A DNA stretch of 63,943 nucleotides, counting the filler, from Basidioascus undulatus (taxonomy: Eukaryota): the NCBI GenBank assembly GCA_000826855.1. It is 15 parts of 15 records of this genome, joined end to end, with 100 filler letters (N's around TTAATTAATTAA, not from the genome) between each part and the next. Parts side by side here need not be neighbours in the genome. Positions count along the whole stretch, not along the records: positions 1 to 2,815 come from JTLS01002636.1; positions 2,916 to 5,724 come from JTLS01002637.1; positions 5,825 to 8,626 come from JTLS01002638.1; positions 8,727 to 11,527 come from JTLS01002639.1; positions 11,628 to 35,150 come from JTLS01000264.1; 10 more parts are not named here. The stretch is one strand, 5' to 3'. The position numbers and the translations under genes were made by a program. The notes under the pieces are model-generated. The model did not search any database, was not told the DNA's origin, and was given only the letters and a program-made list of their open reading frames with translations. Shown here piece by piece: positions 1 through 13,037 of this stretch (positions within the stretch are counted from its first letter, which is position 1; each line of letters opens with the position of its first letter).

Positions 1-2815
1 CCATCCTCGTCGTCCTCGCCACGGCGGCCGGAGCGGGGAACCCCCTCGGCGAGAAGGTCGAAGATGATGTGCAGGCACGAGACGCGCGCGGTCGGGGAGC
101 TCGGGTCCTGGATCTGCATGTCTGACGCGGATGCGTGGAGGTCGAAGCCGAGGAGGAAGTGTGCAAAGTTTGGCGCGGGCTTGCCGACCTTGGTATTGTC
201 GAGGAGGAGATCGAGGATGGCGGAGCGAATGGCCTGGGAGAGGTGCGGGTGCCCGGCCTGCTCGACGTCCGTCACGAGCGTCTCGATCCCGCCCTCGTCC
301 GACGGGTCCTCGTCCTCGGGCGCCTCGGCCTCGAGCAGGCGCACGAACCCGCTCAGCACGCGCAGACTCTCGTCCGACGAGTCGATCACGCCCACGAGGC
401 GGTTCATCCGCCGCGCATAGTGGTCGCCGAACCCGTCCGCGGCGGAGAAGTGCGGCGAGTCCGCGAGCGCAGCGATGATCTTGACCGCCAGGAACGCGGT
501 CTCCTCGTCGGGCGCGTTGACGTACAGCGCGATCTGGACGACGGCCTCGTGCGAGAAGAGGAGCTGCTGGTCCAGCGCGGAGAGCGTGGGTGGAATCGCG
601 AGCCGGCCGACGCCCTGGAGCGCGCCGCTCGCGGCGGCCTGGTTGACGAGCGGGAGGAGGACCTCGAGGAAGAGGCTCTGGATCTGGAGGACGCGGTAGA
701 AGATCCGGAGCGTGCGCAGCACGGCCTTGGCGAACGTCGGCGTCTTGATCTTGTTCTCGAGGATCGCGTCCAGGCCGGTGTTGATGATCCCCAGAAGCTC
801 GGTGAAGATGGACGAGCCGGAGAGAATGCGAAGGAGGATTTCGAACGCGGGGTGAAGGACGAAGCCGGCGAGGCTCGCGTCGGACGGGTTCGCCGAGCCC
901 GGCGCCGCGCCGACGCCGATCGCGCCTTCGGTGAGGAGCGCTGAGAGGTCGTAGCTCGCGATGCACTTCTCGATGAAGCACAGGCTTGTCTCGGTGACGC
1001 GCCAGCGCTCCGTCGGGTTCCTGTACTCACGCTGGCCCGCCTTGAGGAAGATGTCGTCGAGGACGAAGCGGACGAAGGGCCCGATGCCGGGCGTGCGGTA
1101 CCCGGCGCCCAGGTTGTCCGGGATCGTCTGGCTCTCGATCTCGAAGCCTTTGCGGAGCGTCGCGGACTTGGCGGGGGTGTGGATGAGCGAGTTAAGGAGG
1201 TTGACGAACGCAACGGTGACTGGGTAGCGGCCCGCGGGCGCCTCGACCTCCTCGACCTCGGCCTGGATGCCCGCGAGCGGGAGCGGTCCGCCGCGGCCGA
1301 AGGGCGCCTGGCGCGGCGTCGTCGGCAGGATCTGGCTCTGCTCGAGGACAATCCATATCCTACGCGCGGGCTCGGTCCCTGCGCCGTTAGGCGCAGGTTG
1401 CGCGAACGCCGCGAGCGTGTTAAGGAGCGCGGCCTTAAGGTCAACGGGGATGGAGCAGGTGAGGAGCGCGAAGAGCGTCGGGACGGGGCGGTAGTGCGGG
1501 TTGTCGTAGAGCGCCGCGCGCGCGACGGTCGACCAGCGCACGACTTCGCGGAGGAGGTGGAGGAAGGCCTTGAGGAGGGGGATCTCCTCGGGCGGGATCT
1601 CGCCCGCGGCGCCAGCCTGGCGGAGCTGGGTGACGTAGAAGTCAATCGCGCCGAAGAGGACGGTCCAGGAGCAGAGACCGCCGTCGGAGGCAGCGTTTGC
1701 GCTGAGGAACTCGTACGCGAGCGTCGCGCACTGGGGGCCCTCGGCGAGACTGCCGAGCATCTCGAACAACGCGCGCATCATCGCGGGCGTGCGGCTCTCG
1801 GCCGCCCAGCGCAGGAAGCCGAAGAGGCGTCCGCCGTCCGGGACGGTGTCGGACTCGACCCAGAACTTGAGGGCGCTGTCGGGCGGGGACGACCGGTAGA
1901 GGGCGGAGATGAGGAAAAAGAGCTGCGCGAGGTCGTTGCGGCCCGTGGGCGCCGGCACAGGGCCGTCGAGCGCGCGCCGCGAGGACGCCATCACAAGATC
2001 TTCCTCGCGGTGCTTGATCTTGCGCAGGACGGGCGAGAGAACGGTGATGAAGCCGGTGATGAGGGCGTCGATCTGCTGCAAGACATCTGGAAGCGCGTCC
2101 ATTTCACCTCGAGTCAGTCAAGATCCCACATTCCGGCCAATGAAAAAATTTACACCACTTGAACTCCTCTTCCACTTCGTCGTCCTGTCCCTGCCCGGCC
2201 GCGCCGCCCGTCTGCGCCGCCCCATTCGCGACCCCGTTCTCCTCCACCTCCGCATCCTGATCTGTCGCGCCCGCCTGGACCCTCTCCCTCAGGTACGCAA
2301 ACGCGTCGTCGCCGATAGCCTTCCCAATGAGCGTCTCCACGTCCGCCTCGGTGATGCGCGTCTCCTCGGGGAGCTTTACGTTTCGCCTGAAGGCCTCGAC
2401 GAGGAAGACGTTCCACTGGAGGAGGACGCTCGCCTTCAGGCGCGGCTGGACCCACGTCCCGCCCGTGACGAGCGCGTGCGTGGCCGTGAGGAACTGGCGG
2501 TCCTGCGCGAGCTGCTCGACGGGGAACGCGAGCGCTGAGGTACCGCTCGGGTCCTCCCACGGCCGCAGGTCGGGCGTGACGTCCAGCGCGGCGAGCAGCG
2601 CAGTGAAGACGTACGTCGTCACGCTATCGGACGTGTCGGTCGCCGCGAGCCACTTGAGCACCGCGGTGACCTCTGCCTTGGCGAGCCGCCGCGAGTACGC
2701 AAAGAGGAAAAGCACGTGCGCGAGGTCCCGCCGTTCTTGCTGCAGCGCCTTGGCGCGCTCGAGCGTGAGGTCGTCCGAGAGCTTGGCAGTTGCTGTGGGT
2801 TGGGGGGCGGTGCTC
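1..2815 (-). CDS. NUP192: Nuclear pore scaffold nucleoporin Nup192/Nup205, internal fragment with an intron at about 2087-2153
   Basis: ORF 2104-2715 (LFLFAYSRRL...LKASVLLQWNVFL) splices into a long open minus frame (YVLQQIDALITGFITVLSPVLRKIKHREEDL...RNDLAQLFFLISALY) that runs off the window start; resembles Nup192/205. Confidence 0.8.
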
Positions 2816-2915
2816 NNNNNNNNNNNNNNNNNNNNNNNNNNNNNNNNNNNNNNNNNNNNTTAATTAATTAANNNNNNNNNNNNNNNNNNNNNNNNNNNNN
2901 NNNNNNNNNNNNNNN
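2816..2915. other. Artificial contig linker 44N-TTAATTAATTAA-44N (first of 14; the others start at 5725, 8627, 11528, 35151, 38049, 40938, 43824, 46708, 49591, 52472, 55350, 58224, 61084)
   Basis: Identical 100-bp N spacer with a six-frame stop cassette at every join. Confidence 0.98.
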
Positions 2916-4429
2916 AAGCAGGCGCTTAATACAGTCCTTGTGCAAAATAATGTTACAACCTGTCAAAGTCTACATCAACCCTCCATGTTCTCCCCGCCCT
3001 ACTCTACTTCGAATGGCCCGCGATGAAGTTTCTTCAGTTGGCCGAGGGAGAAGGTCGAAGGCGCGCGCGGGGGTGTAGGTGGGGTTGAGAGACATTGTTG
3101 GGTAGTGGGGTATGGGAAGAGATGTGGGTTTATTGTCTGTATGGGTGTGGGATAGGCAAGAATGCCAGTGGGCAGCCTGTCTTATACATGCTGCACGCAA
3201 GTCGAATCGTCGCTTATCCTCTCAGTGCTTGAAAAGTATAAGTATAACTGCTAGCGAAGTCGAATACTCGCGGCGCGGACTGTTGGAAAGCATGTCCCGG
3301 TCAATTCCGGTCACGGTATGGGCACTTCGCGAAACTGCGGAATGTGCAGACGTCGCTTTGTTCTCACCTGCGACGCTGTCGCCCCGTCGCTCCCTTCCTT
3401 CGGTCCATCTTGTGCCGCCCTCAAGGCAGGAATATCGACCCGCTCGTCGCTCATGAAGTTGCTTCTGAGCGAAGAGCGAACACAACTGTCGATGAAGGCA
3501 CTCAAGACGTAGTGTGTGTACATTCCCCGAGCTTGGCACGGTCCGGCCAACTTGAGCCACAACACTACTTACACCTGCAAGAGGCAACTCGCTTTGTGCC
3601 TCTTCACCCTGAGAAAATAATTAGATTCTTATGGGCGTAAACTAAGGCAATGATGTACCGATGCACCGACTCAGCGCATGCTGCCAGTGCGAGCGTGCAA
3701 GACAACAGGTAGCGTGCTCCTCAGAGCCTTCAAGACGAATTTCGCATCCCCCCTATTCCTTTTCTTTTTTGCTTGTCCAAATCGATGTTGACTTGCCGTA
3801 AACCACGAGAACGCAAACCAACGACCTGCTCGTTTCAGCGCGCTGTCCTCGCATTCCATGTCTCACCCGTCGCCATCCAAGCTGACCTCATCGCGCTGAC
3901 CGCCCCCGGGGCTGCCGAGCGGCGGCACAGCCGCTCGACGAACGTGCTGCTCTCGGCTGGCTTGGAAGTGCGTCGCGTCGCCTCCTCTCTGCTCGTCCCG
4001 TCACAATCATCGCAGTAATAGAGATCACGCTCGGGAATTGAGCGAGTTCGACGAGAGAATACGACAGGCGAGAGGAGAGCAGAAACGACTTGCTTTGGTG
4101 GACGATACGACGATTCGGACGAAGACGGGGTTGAGCGACTGGTGAGTTGTTGTGCAATGTGAGGTGGTGGGAGGTGCTGTGGGCGGCTGGGCGATGGGAT
4201 AGCTGTGTACGCTGGGCAGTCCAAGGCGTGTTGGTCTTCTGGTCGAGTCGCTGTTTCTGTCGGGGAGACGTTCACCGCACTGCACCGACGGCAACCCCTT
4301 GGATCCCAAATTGACCCTCGCCCGCACTCCTCGCTCACAGAAACACACTTCGACGAGACACACCACGCACCTGCACCTCTAACGACACCCCTCACGCCCT
4401 CACGACCTTCCCCTCACTTCCCGCCGACC

Positions 4430-5724
4430 ATGTCCGCCCCTCCATCCGACACGACGACCGCCGGGCCCGACACGCAGACGCAACGGCCCTCCTCCTCTTC
4501 CTCAGACGACGTATGTCTCCCTCTACCCCATCTTCCTCTTTCTCCCACGCACTTACCCCACCCCCCAGCAATCCCTCTTCGCCTCGGCCCAGCGCGGCGA
4601 TGTTGCGCAGATCGACCGCCTCGTCTCGTCAGGGCAGGCGAGCGTCAATGACCGCGACGAGCAGAACATCACTGCCCTCCACTGGGCCGCGATCAACGCC
4701 CAGCTTGCCGCGTGCCGGTATCTGCTTGAGCGCGGGGCGGAGGTCGACGCGAGGGGCGGGGAGCTCGATGCCACGCCGCTGATGTGGGCTGCGAGGTATG
4801 TGGACTCTTATCCCCTCTTCCCCTCGCCTCTCTTGTTGGCAGTCGAGACTACATGAATGCGGGTGGAATTGACGGTCTGCATTGGGGGAACCAGGAACGG
4901 CCACCTCTACATCCTGCACCTCCTCATCTCGTACGGTGCCGACCCCTCCCTCGTCGACAGCCAAGGCTTCAACTCCTTGCACCTCACGACCCACTCAAGC
5001 ATAATCATGGCGGTCCTCTACCTGCTTCACCAGCCCGTCGCGATCGACGCGCCCGACGTGCAAGGTCACACGGCGCTAATGTGGGCAGCGTACCAGGGCG
5101 ACGCGTTGAGCGTCGACGTCCTCATCCGGCACGGCGCGTCGGTCCACAAGTCCGACCACGCCGGCTTGACGCCCCTGCACTGGGCGACAGTCCGCGGGAA
5201 TCGGGTGTGTTTGAGGCATGTGATTGAGGCGGGCGCGGACCTGGCGGCCAAGAGCCATGAGGGCAAGACCGCGGCGGCGATGGCGGAGGAGCTCAAGAGC
5301 GTGGGCGCGTATCGGAGGGCGTTGGCGGATTGTGGGTTGCAGGAGGACGGGAGGAGGAAGGAGAGGCCGCTTTCGCCTGTGCGTTCACCCTCCCTCCCTC
5401 TACCCCTCCCCACCATCTATCTACCTTGAGCCCGACTGATGCGAGGTGAACGATGGATGGGAAACAGAGAAACACAAACATCGCCATCTTCTGCCTCCCC
5501 ACGCTCTTCCTCGCAGTCATCTTCTGGACGCTCGCTTCCCTCCCCTCGTACACGGGCGTCCCCCTCGCGTTTGCAGAGTTTTACGCGATGCACCATGTCG
5601 TGCGTGTTCCCTCTCCATCCCCTGCTCCGTCCTTCCCTCTCCCCTCCCTCTCTCCTCTTCTTGAATTGATGACGTGGCTGATCGTACTCCGGGGGGGGGG
5701 GCCACCAGGTCACCCGCGTCCTCC
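4430..5724 (+). CDS. AKR1: Ankyrin-repeat palmitoyltransferase Akr1, 5' part (DHHC domain lies beyond the gap)
   Basis: Spliced product MSAPPSD...LHWAAINAQ...[24 protein letters not shown]...[18 protein letters not shown]...LTPLHWA, followed by transmembrane segments; typical Akr1 layout. Confidence 0.88.
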
Positions 5725-5892
5725 NNNNNNNNNNNNNNNNNNNNNNNNNNNNNNNNNNNNNNNNNNNNTTAATTAATTAANNNNNNNNNNNNNNNNNNNN
5801 NNNNNNNNNNNNNNNNNNNNNNNNTCCCCCATCCCCCGCCTCCGAAGCCCCCTCCTACCCGGCACGTTAAGCGCAAGCCCGTGCCGGTGTAC

Positions 5893-7332
5893 ATGAACGA
5901 CCGGATCCTCGTCCCGTCCGGCATTGCTTCCTTGTCCTACACGCCCTCCTCCTCCTCCACAGCGACTCTCTCCACAATCGACCACTCCCACTCCTCGCGA
6001 TCCTACACTCCCCCGTCGACGGCCGCCTTCTCCGCCACTCCCCTCCGCCCGCACAGGAGAAGCTCGCGCCGTATGCGGGAATCTCTGTCCACGCAGCGCT
6101 TGGGTTTGAGGAGGAGCTCTCCGCGCTGGATATCCGGAATGCGCGGGAGCGGAGTCGGTCAAGGCGAAGGGGCGGAGGAAGCAGAGCGTCGGGAAGTGCC
6201 GAAGGCTGAGTTCAAGCAGAACACCCTCCCTATGGTGGCGGAGCTGCGGGCTGCTGCAGATCTAGAGACTCAATGTGCTCCTGAAACTTCCCTTTTTTGG
6301 TGCTGGTTTGGGAATACTGAGCAGGAATCAGCTCGCTGGGTGCAGATGAGGACGGCAACTGGCTGAAGTTCGGCTCGCTCTTCGCACAACGAACAATCGG
6401 TGAGCTTCTCTGAGTGAGTCATGACCTGATACATCGTGGACTTACGTATTTTATTGCAGTCGTACTGTGTACGAAATGCCATCTGCGGACAATGTCTCGA
6501 TTTCATGCGCACACTCTGCGCGTTGGACACAGCTCCGTGAGTCTTTCTCGCATCTCTCGTCTCTCCCTAGTCCTCTAAAGAAACCCTCCCTGTTGGGTAT
6601 TGAGCGTTCCGGCACCAAAATCGCGGTCATCACGCACGCCGACTGGCAATTGCTCAAAAGCTACCGGTGTGAGTTTCCCTAGCGGCGGGATCTGCTTGAA
6701 CAGCAGCTGAACGGCGAGCCTTCTTCAGCGACCGTCGTCAAGAGCCCGTACCCCATCTATACCGACCAGTCGCACGATCCCTACAAGGCTATGGGGATGA
6801 TGCTCAAGACGTTGGACGTTGGACCTGAGTCTGAACGCGGGGAGTACAACAAGTCTGGCGTCTTGAACCAAACCTTCGTCGCGTTCGGAGTACGTCCGCC
6901 TACGTTTCGCTTACAACAGGGGGAAATAGATGCAGACGAATTCGCTCTAGAACTACCTCGCTCACATGCCGCTCGTCAAACCGGGCAGCGTTTGGCAACT
7001 CGGGGGCGACTTCATCTTGGGTCCGGGTAAGAAGCTTCAACTCTGTCATGGCCGTTTCGTGTTCTAACTGAATTTTGTTTGTTATACAGGACTGCGATGC
7101 TCCCTCACTCATCGGATGTCCCACCGCTGAAACCACCTCGGGCCAGCCGAGTACGTTGTCCCCTCTCTTTCTTACCGCTGCAATAACAATTTAGCCCCTC
7201 CATAGCATCGTCGCCCGAACAGGAATTGACATGAGCCTCTCCCCCTCCGCGCAAGAGCTCCTCGCCGCGCAGGACCCGGACTACGCGATCGCGCTCTGGC
7301 GGGCGAAGCAGCGCGTGGTGCGCGCGAACTGA
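5893..7332 (+). pseudogene. AhpC/TSA-2 (PRXL2/SelenoU-like) thioredoxin-fold gene with a frameshift and an in-frame TGA
   Basis: Exons give EDGNWLKFGSLF / RNAICGQCLDFMRTL / PYPIYTDQSHDPYKAMGM / QLGGDFILGPG / HRMSHR*NH. Frame break at about 6460-6470; TGA at 7128-7130. Confidence 0.72.
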
Positions 7333-8235
7333 CACCGCCGCTCCAGCGCCGATTCGTGGCTGGCGCTGCCCGAGCGGACTTCGAGATCCGGCGCCACCGA
7401 GAGGAGCCCGCGGCCCTTGTCCGAACGACGCAGCTTGGGGACGGTTGCGGCTTCCGACGGAGCGACGTCTACGACTACTCTCACAGCTCGCATGGGGTGG
7501 TAGCGCGTGGAGCTTCTCCCGGACAGAGGCCTCACCAACACGGCGATTTCTGCATGCATTACTTAATTATATTATTTGCTTGCTGTTTAATTGTCATTCG
7601 ATGTCGGGTTGTTTGCGCGTGCCTGACAAGCGGTTCTCGCTGCCTGAGACGACTCACGGTCGGGGTGACTGCATCAACGGTCAGCGCAACCCGCAAAACT
7701 GAACACTGAGTGCAAGAGATGAAATGGTATTGTCGCAAGGCCATTTCTCCATCCGTCAAGAAGGCACACAGCGCAGCGTGCATTTCGTTTTGTTCGCATT
7801 CTTAAAGTCAGAGCCACTGCATTCTTTCAGTGGGGTCCTGCAACCTCGAACATCCTGTGAGTGAGATGCTTGACAACTTCCTGTTAGCATGCTCTGCATA
7901 AAACCGCTTTCAATTTCCATGATAATTGAGATCGGCGCAGACACTTATAGTGAATTAGGACTGTCGTCGGTCCTGCACATTTGAAAGTTGCTTGCACTGC
8001 ACCTCGCGTTGCGCGCTGAAAGACCCGCGTGACCCACGCATCTTGTAATTGCTTCCATTGTATTCATTTCTTTAAACTCCATGTTTCCTGTAAAACAAGT
8101 CGACATACGGACTGTAAATCAAGCAGATGCTGATTCAGCGAGTCTCACAAAGCTTCGCAATGCTTGCCCTGCCGGGCTGCGTCGCCTTGCCTCTTGCCCG
8201 GTTACCGCTTTCCCATTGCCTGAGCCCCCACCGCC

Positions 8236-8626
8236 ATGGACCCAGGACCGTCCACGTCGCCCGAGCCTCAACAACTCCTCCCGCTTGTATCGAAGCCGGC
8301 GATTCCGACCGTCCCGCGCGGGCACACCTGCGCGATCTGCAGCTCGCCCTCGAAGTACACCTGCCCGCGCTGCTCAGCGCGAACGTGCTCGCTGCCCTGC
8401 ACGCGCACGCACAAGGCCCAGGCTTCGTGCACGGGCGAGCGCGACCGCGCGGCGTTCGTCCCGCTCAACCGGTACACCGAGGGGACGCTCATGGACGACT
8501 ATGCGTTCCTGGAGAACGTTGGACGGCGGGTCCGGGATGTGGGCAGGGAGGCAATGCGCGGGGGGCTCGTGCAAGCTGAGCGGGGAGGGAGGGGCGGGAG
8601 GGGCGGGGGGGGCGGGGCGGGCGAGG
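8236..8626 (+). CDS. BCD1: zf-HIT box C/D snoRNP assembly factor Bcd1/ZNHIT6, 5' part
   Basis: CAICSSPSKYTCPRCSARTCSLPCTRTHKAQASCTGERDRAAFVPLNRY...LMDDYAFLE. Confidence 0.85.
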
Positions 8627-10440
8627 NNNNNNNNNNNNNNNNNNNNNNNNNNNNNNNNNNNNNNNNNNNNTTAATTAATTAANNNNNNNNNNNNNNNNNN
8701 NNNNNNNNNNNNNNNNNNNNNNNNNNAGATAGCGCTCACTTTGGAGCAAACCCGTTTGTGAGAGGGTGTATCATGAAATATTGCATTTTCAGTCAAGACC
8801 ACAGCGCAGTCCACCATTTGATCATTATCCAAAGAAAGCATTCTATGGCCCTCACTGCAGCAGTACTAGTGAGGCGAGTTTTACTGCATTCTCTCACCAA
8901 ACAACCCACCCAGAAACTATCTTCCATCTTCACCTTTCAACTTCTGTTCTTTCCTCGTCCTTCGTCACCCGCAATCATCGTCCATGGCGTGGACAGACGC
9001 GAAAAAAAGTAGCAAAGTGAAAGAAACGCAGGAAACACTTCGAAATCACCCACGCAGCCACGGCCTTCCCTGCGCGGAGCCCTTCATCCGCACGCTATCG
9101 CCGTCGAAACCTTGCTCGCTGAAATATTGGCCGCGGAGACTTCCATCTCCTGTTCTCCTTCCCAATTTTCACGTCTTCGCAACACGCAGCAACTTTCCAG
9201 CACAAGAGAACAAGAGAACGTCAACGAAGAGGGGCAGAAGAACGTTCCCCGCCCCGCTGACCCCGCTGCAACTCGGAGGCGTCGGGGGGGTCGACGAGGC
9301 GACGGTCTCGTCCTCGCTCTCCCGCCGCCGCAGACTCAGCGGCCCCCATGGCCAGCAAAAGCGAGCTCGAGGGGGCGGATGCAATTCGGGCAGGGGGCTG
9401 GGGGCATGCCGATCGTTGGGCAGGTAGGCTACAGATCGCGTGCAATAAGAATGATGATCTTTCGGTTGGTTGAAGGGCGCTCCACAGGCGGGAGCGTCTG
9501 GTAGGCGATCATCTCAGGCGCGCTGGCGATCGCAGGCGCACGAGGGTGACTGGGGATGTCGAGTGTCTAGCGAACAGGATGTGTAGATGACTAAGAAATT
9601 TGAAAGTGAAAATAAGGAGGCAAGGAGGGAGGAAAGGAGGGTCCTCAGAGGCTGGCACCGCTCGCCCGCGAGCGAGCGAAGAAGCGTGAACACAGCCCAG
9701 CCGGATCTGCGACAGCGCGGCCGTGCGGCCGGACAGCGTGAAGGCGACAGGCTCATCGTCTCATCTCAACTCATTTCATTGTTTATTGCCGACCTGCCTC
9801 CTGCCATCTCCCCTCCCTCCCTTCCGTCCCTTTTCTTTCCTTTTTTATCTCCCTCGTTCCTGCCCTCTCCCGCCTCCCGCCCGGAACACGGACGCGGGCT
9901 CGCCAGGCTATACCCTTCTCGGATCCGGTAGAAGAAGAAGGAGTGGCGATCGATCAGGTGAGTCGGGAACTGCGGAAGAGGATGAGGGGAGGATCAGGGG
10001 CGTGTGTGGGAAGAGAGGTGTGCGAGAGAGGGTGTGTCTTGGGCGGTAGGAGAAGCGAGAAGGCGGGTGCTGCTGCGGGCAGGCAAGGAGCGGACTAGCA
10101 AGGGCCCCGAGGGACGCTGGAAGGCGCGAGAGGAGTGTGCACCGGACGCCGACCGGACGGTGACGCTGTCGAGTCGTCGGTCCACATACCCATTCGCTTC
10201 GTTCTCTACACACCCAGAGTCCACGATCTACACGGGGAGGAGCCCGTCCTTCTGCGTTCCGAACGACCGCGTCCACACACGTCCCACCGGTCGTCCTTGG
10301 CACCAACGCGCTGTCCACTCTACCATCCTCGTCCGCTCCGCACGGCCTGCTGACCGCCCCCCCTTCCCCTTCCCGTTTCCCTCGATCCTCCATTCCTAAA
10401 TCTGCAGAGTCTCCGCTTCCCGCCCTCCCCGCGCGCCACG

Positions 10441-11447
10441 ATGCCATTTTCGCTCTTTAAGAAGTCCAAATCCGCACCCGCTCCGGGCGCCGGCGCAGGG
10501 CTCGCGTTCCCCTCTGCCGCGTCCCCCTCGCACGAATCGGACGTCTCCGACGACGGCTACGTCCTCCCGCGATCACCCGCCGTATCCCACACCCACACCC
10601 CCACGTCCACCGCGTCCTTCTCGTCCGACGCCCCCTCGACGCTCAAGAGCCACCCCTCCGCGTCGCCCTCCCTCCGCCGGTTCAACCCGTTCTCGTCAAA
10701 GAAGAGCAGCAGCGTTCGACATCTCAAGACGAGTCTGAGCGCGAAGAGCGTCAACGCACTTAGCGCCTCGCCGACGACGATGACGGACGAGGGCGGGCTC
10801 CCCCCGCCCCCGAGCCGCGCCAGCCTGTTCGGCGATGGGCACGCACGGAGAGCATCCACGGGCGACACCAACACCAACACCGACTCACGACCGCCCGTGT
10901 ACACCGCCCCCTCCCCATTGTCCACGTCCTCCCTCGTCTCCGCCCCCTCTCGCCCGTCCCCCAAGCTCTTCCAGCCGCTCCAGCTCCCCAAGGCGTCCTC
11001 CTCCACCCTCTCCTTCAACTGGCCCACCCGCAGCCCCTCCCCCGGGTCCTCCCCCTCCCTCTCCCCGCCTCCTCCGACCTCCTCTTTCCCTGCTCCAGCA
11101 CCCGACAGCCCGTCCGCGACCGGGTTCTCCCTCCACTCCTTCCGACACGTCTCCGGCGGGCCCGCGTCCCCCATTCCCGACTACCCTCCCCCGTCGTCCT
11201 CCGCGTCCGCGACCACCTCGCCCACGGCCGAGCAGCCGCGCGTGAGCGTGCACGTCTTCCGCCAGGCGCAGGCCCGCCGCTCGAGCGTCTCCCTCGCTGC
11301 CGCCGCCGACGAGCCCCAGCAAGGGCCCGCCACCTCGCCCATCACCCGCCCGCGCAGCGTCTTCGAGGCGGAGGAGGAGGACCGGCGGCGCCGCCAAGAG
11401 CGGCGGGCGGCGAGCCCGGCACCGAGCGTCGCGCTCCCGTCTTCCCA
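10441..11447 (+). CDS. Ser/Pro-rich hypothetical protein, 5' part
   Basis: Long ATG ORF with C-ending codon bias (MPFSLFKKSK...RVSVHVFRQAQARRSS); no recognisable domain. Confidence 0.6.
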
Positions 11448-13037
11448 GCCCCAACATCCTATCCGCTTCACCCGACACAGCTTTATCCGCAAAGTCAACC
11501 TCAATACGAAGCGGATCTACATGACTANNNNNNNNNNNNNNNNNNNNNNNNNNNNNNNNNNNNNNNNNNNNTTAATTAATTAANNNNNNNNNNNNNNNNN
11601 NNNNNNNNNNNNNNNNNNNNNNNNNNNTGTTTGAAGCAGTCAGCGAATGACGTTGGGCACACCCTCAGACACGTCGGGCAATCGACATGAAATAATCAAT
11701 ATTGAAAGCAACGGCAGACTTGGCCGATGAGATGTCGGCGTCCTCGCCGATCCCACTCCTTCGCCTCTTGCTTCTTGACCTGCTTAAGGGCCTCCTTGAC
11801 CCTCTCCATTGCATCTTGTTCTTAAAGTCAGGCTGAGTAATCGCGCTCCGTCGAAGCTCAGTGTTGGACTTCCTCGCTCATCGTGAACAGCGGTCACCGG
11901 CTGTTCCTGTGCGACCCCTGTGCCTCTTGCTCAGCGCGAAGTCGGCATTCTACCGTTGCCTCGTATTGATACAACCAAACAAGTCAATTACTTTCATGGG
12001 CAAAGGCCAGGTTATAGCACAACCTACAGACGTGGTTGTGAAATCCTTCTGCTCGCTCTCTTCTTGCGCTCTCGCTCTCCGGCCTACATGACAGAGCCGA
12101 AGAATATCCTCTTTGTCTTTGGTGACTATCGTAGGACTGTTTCTTTAAAATCAGGATGTGCACGTAATTTATCAATTTCCAAAGCTGGTCTCTGTTCTCG
12201 AAAACGAGTCCTTCAGTGGTTGCCTTGCTTGGAAGAGTGTTCCGAAAGCCCTTGGCGTTGTTTCGCAAGGTATCAATGACAACTAGCAAGGTATGACGAG
12301 CTGAATGCCTTGCTAATCTAAGGGTTGTGAATACAGGAAAGTTTGGCATGAATACTACTCTTTCCAGTCTGGTGGGTCTTAAGCAACAAAGCCTAGTCAG
12401 GATAGATGGCCGAAGTGCTCACTCCGCCCGACCAGGCAAATGTTGCAGAGAGTTCAGAAACGTGGCCGAGTATGGTTACGTGCAGTTTGCCTCAATTCTC
12501 ATCGTTTTCAAGGCAAATACTCGACCCAGGCATGCCCAGCAGTGTGAGCTCGGCAGGCGCCGCAGTCGGCACGTAAGTCGGCCACACGACATTGATGCAT
12601 CGACCATGCGATATTGCTTCGAGTTAATAGAAGGACAGCCCTTCGTTGGGGCTGGTAAGACGCAGAAGTATTGAAACCGTGAGGTATAGCCAAGAGAGGT
12701 ACCCGAGATGGAGTGCACGTCGCAGACTGTCACCGTCTCGTCTGCACGCCCAAGGCGCGCAACACCCGCTTTAACAAGTCTATGGTCGATGGCTGTGAAT
12801 AGGCTCGGCGAAGGCCACGATATTAGTAGGGCTTCGGGGTCACATTGTGTGGTCTCACCCATGTATCCGGTCGGCGTACGGTAGTGAGCGCCAAGAAGCC
12901 TCATGATCAGTGACTCTATTTCCTGATTTTCGCTTTTCTTAGACGGCTATCAGAGAAAGATCTTATCCGGCTCATGCAGGACACATCCAGGTGCGGCACA
13001 TCGAGAGGGTAAGTGAGATAGCGCTCGGCAGGCCGGC

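Noticed and set aside
135..2162. Long plus-strand ORFs (269 and 327 aa), and similar ones at 35379-36419, 44034-44924 and 61630-62853
   Set aside because: Antisense shadows of high-GC3 genes on the opposite strand.
2860..2871. Regularly spaced TTAATTAATTAA as a CRISPR-like or biological repeat
   Set aside because: A synthetic six-frame stop linker inside N gaps; ORFs ending in X...LIN are artefacts of it.
2970..3095. Possible gene start MSLNPTYTPARAFDLLP on the minus strand
   Set aside because: Good ATG context, but only about 40 codons before a suspect contig tail; cannot be assigned.
3296..3310. B-box-like CCCGGTCAATTCCGG
   Set aside because: No A box or cloverleaf around it.
7128..7130. 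Selenocysteine codon in a SelenoU-family gene
   Set aside because: The TGA is not at the redox motif (both CxxC positions are Cys codons), the gene is also frameshifted, I saw no SECIS, and Sec machinery is not known in Dikarya.
11628..12900. Lower-GC stretch as a transposon or viral relic (also 36600-37400 and 54100-55000)
   Set aside because: No transposase, RT or viral motif recognised in any frame; a database search is needed.
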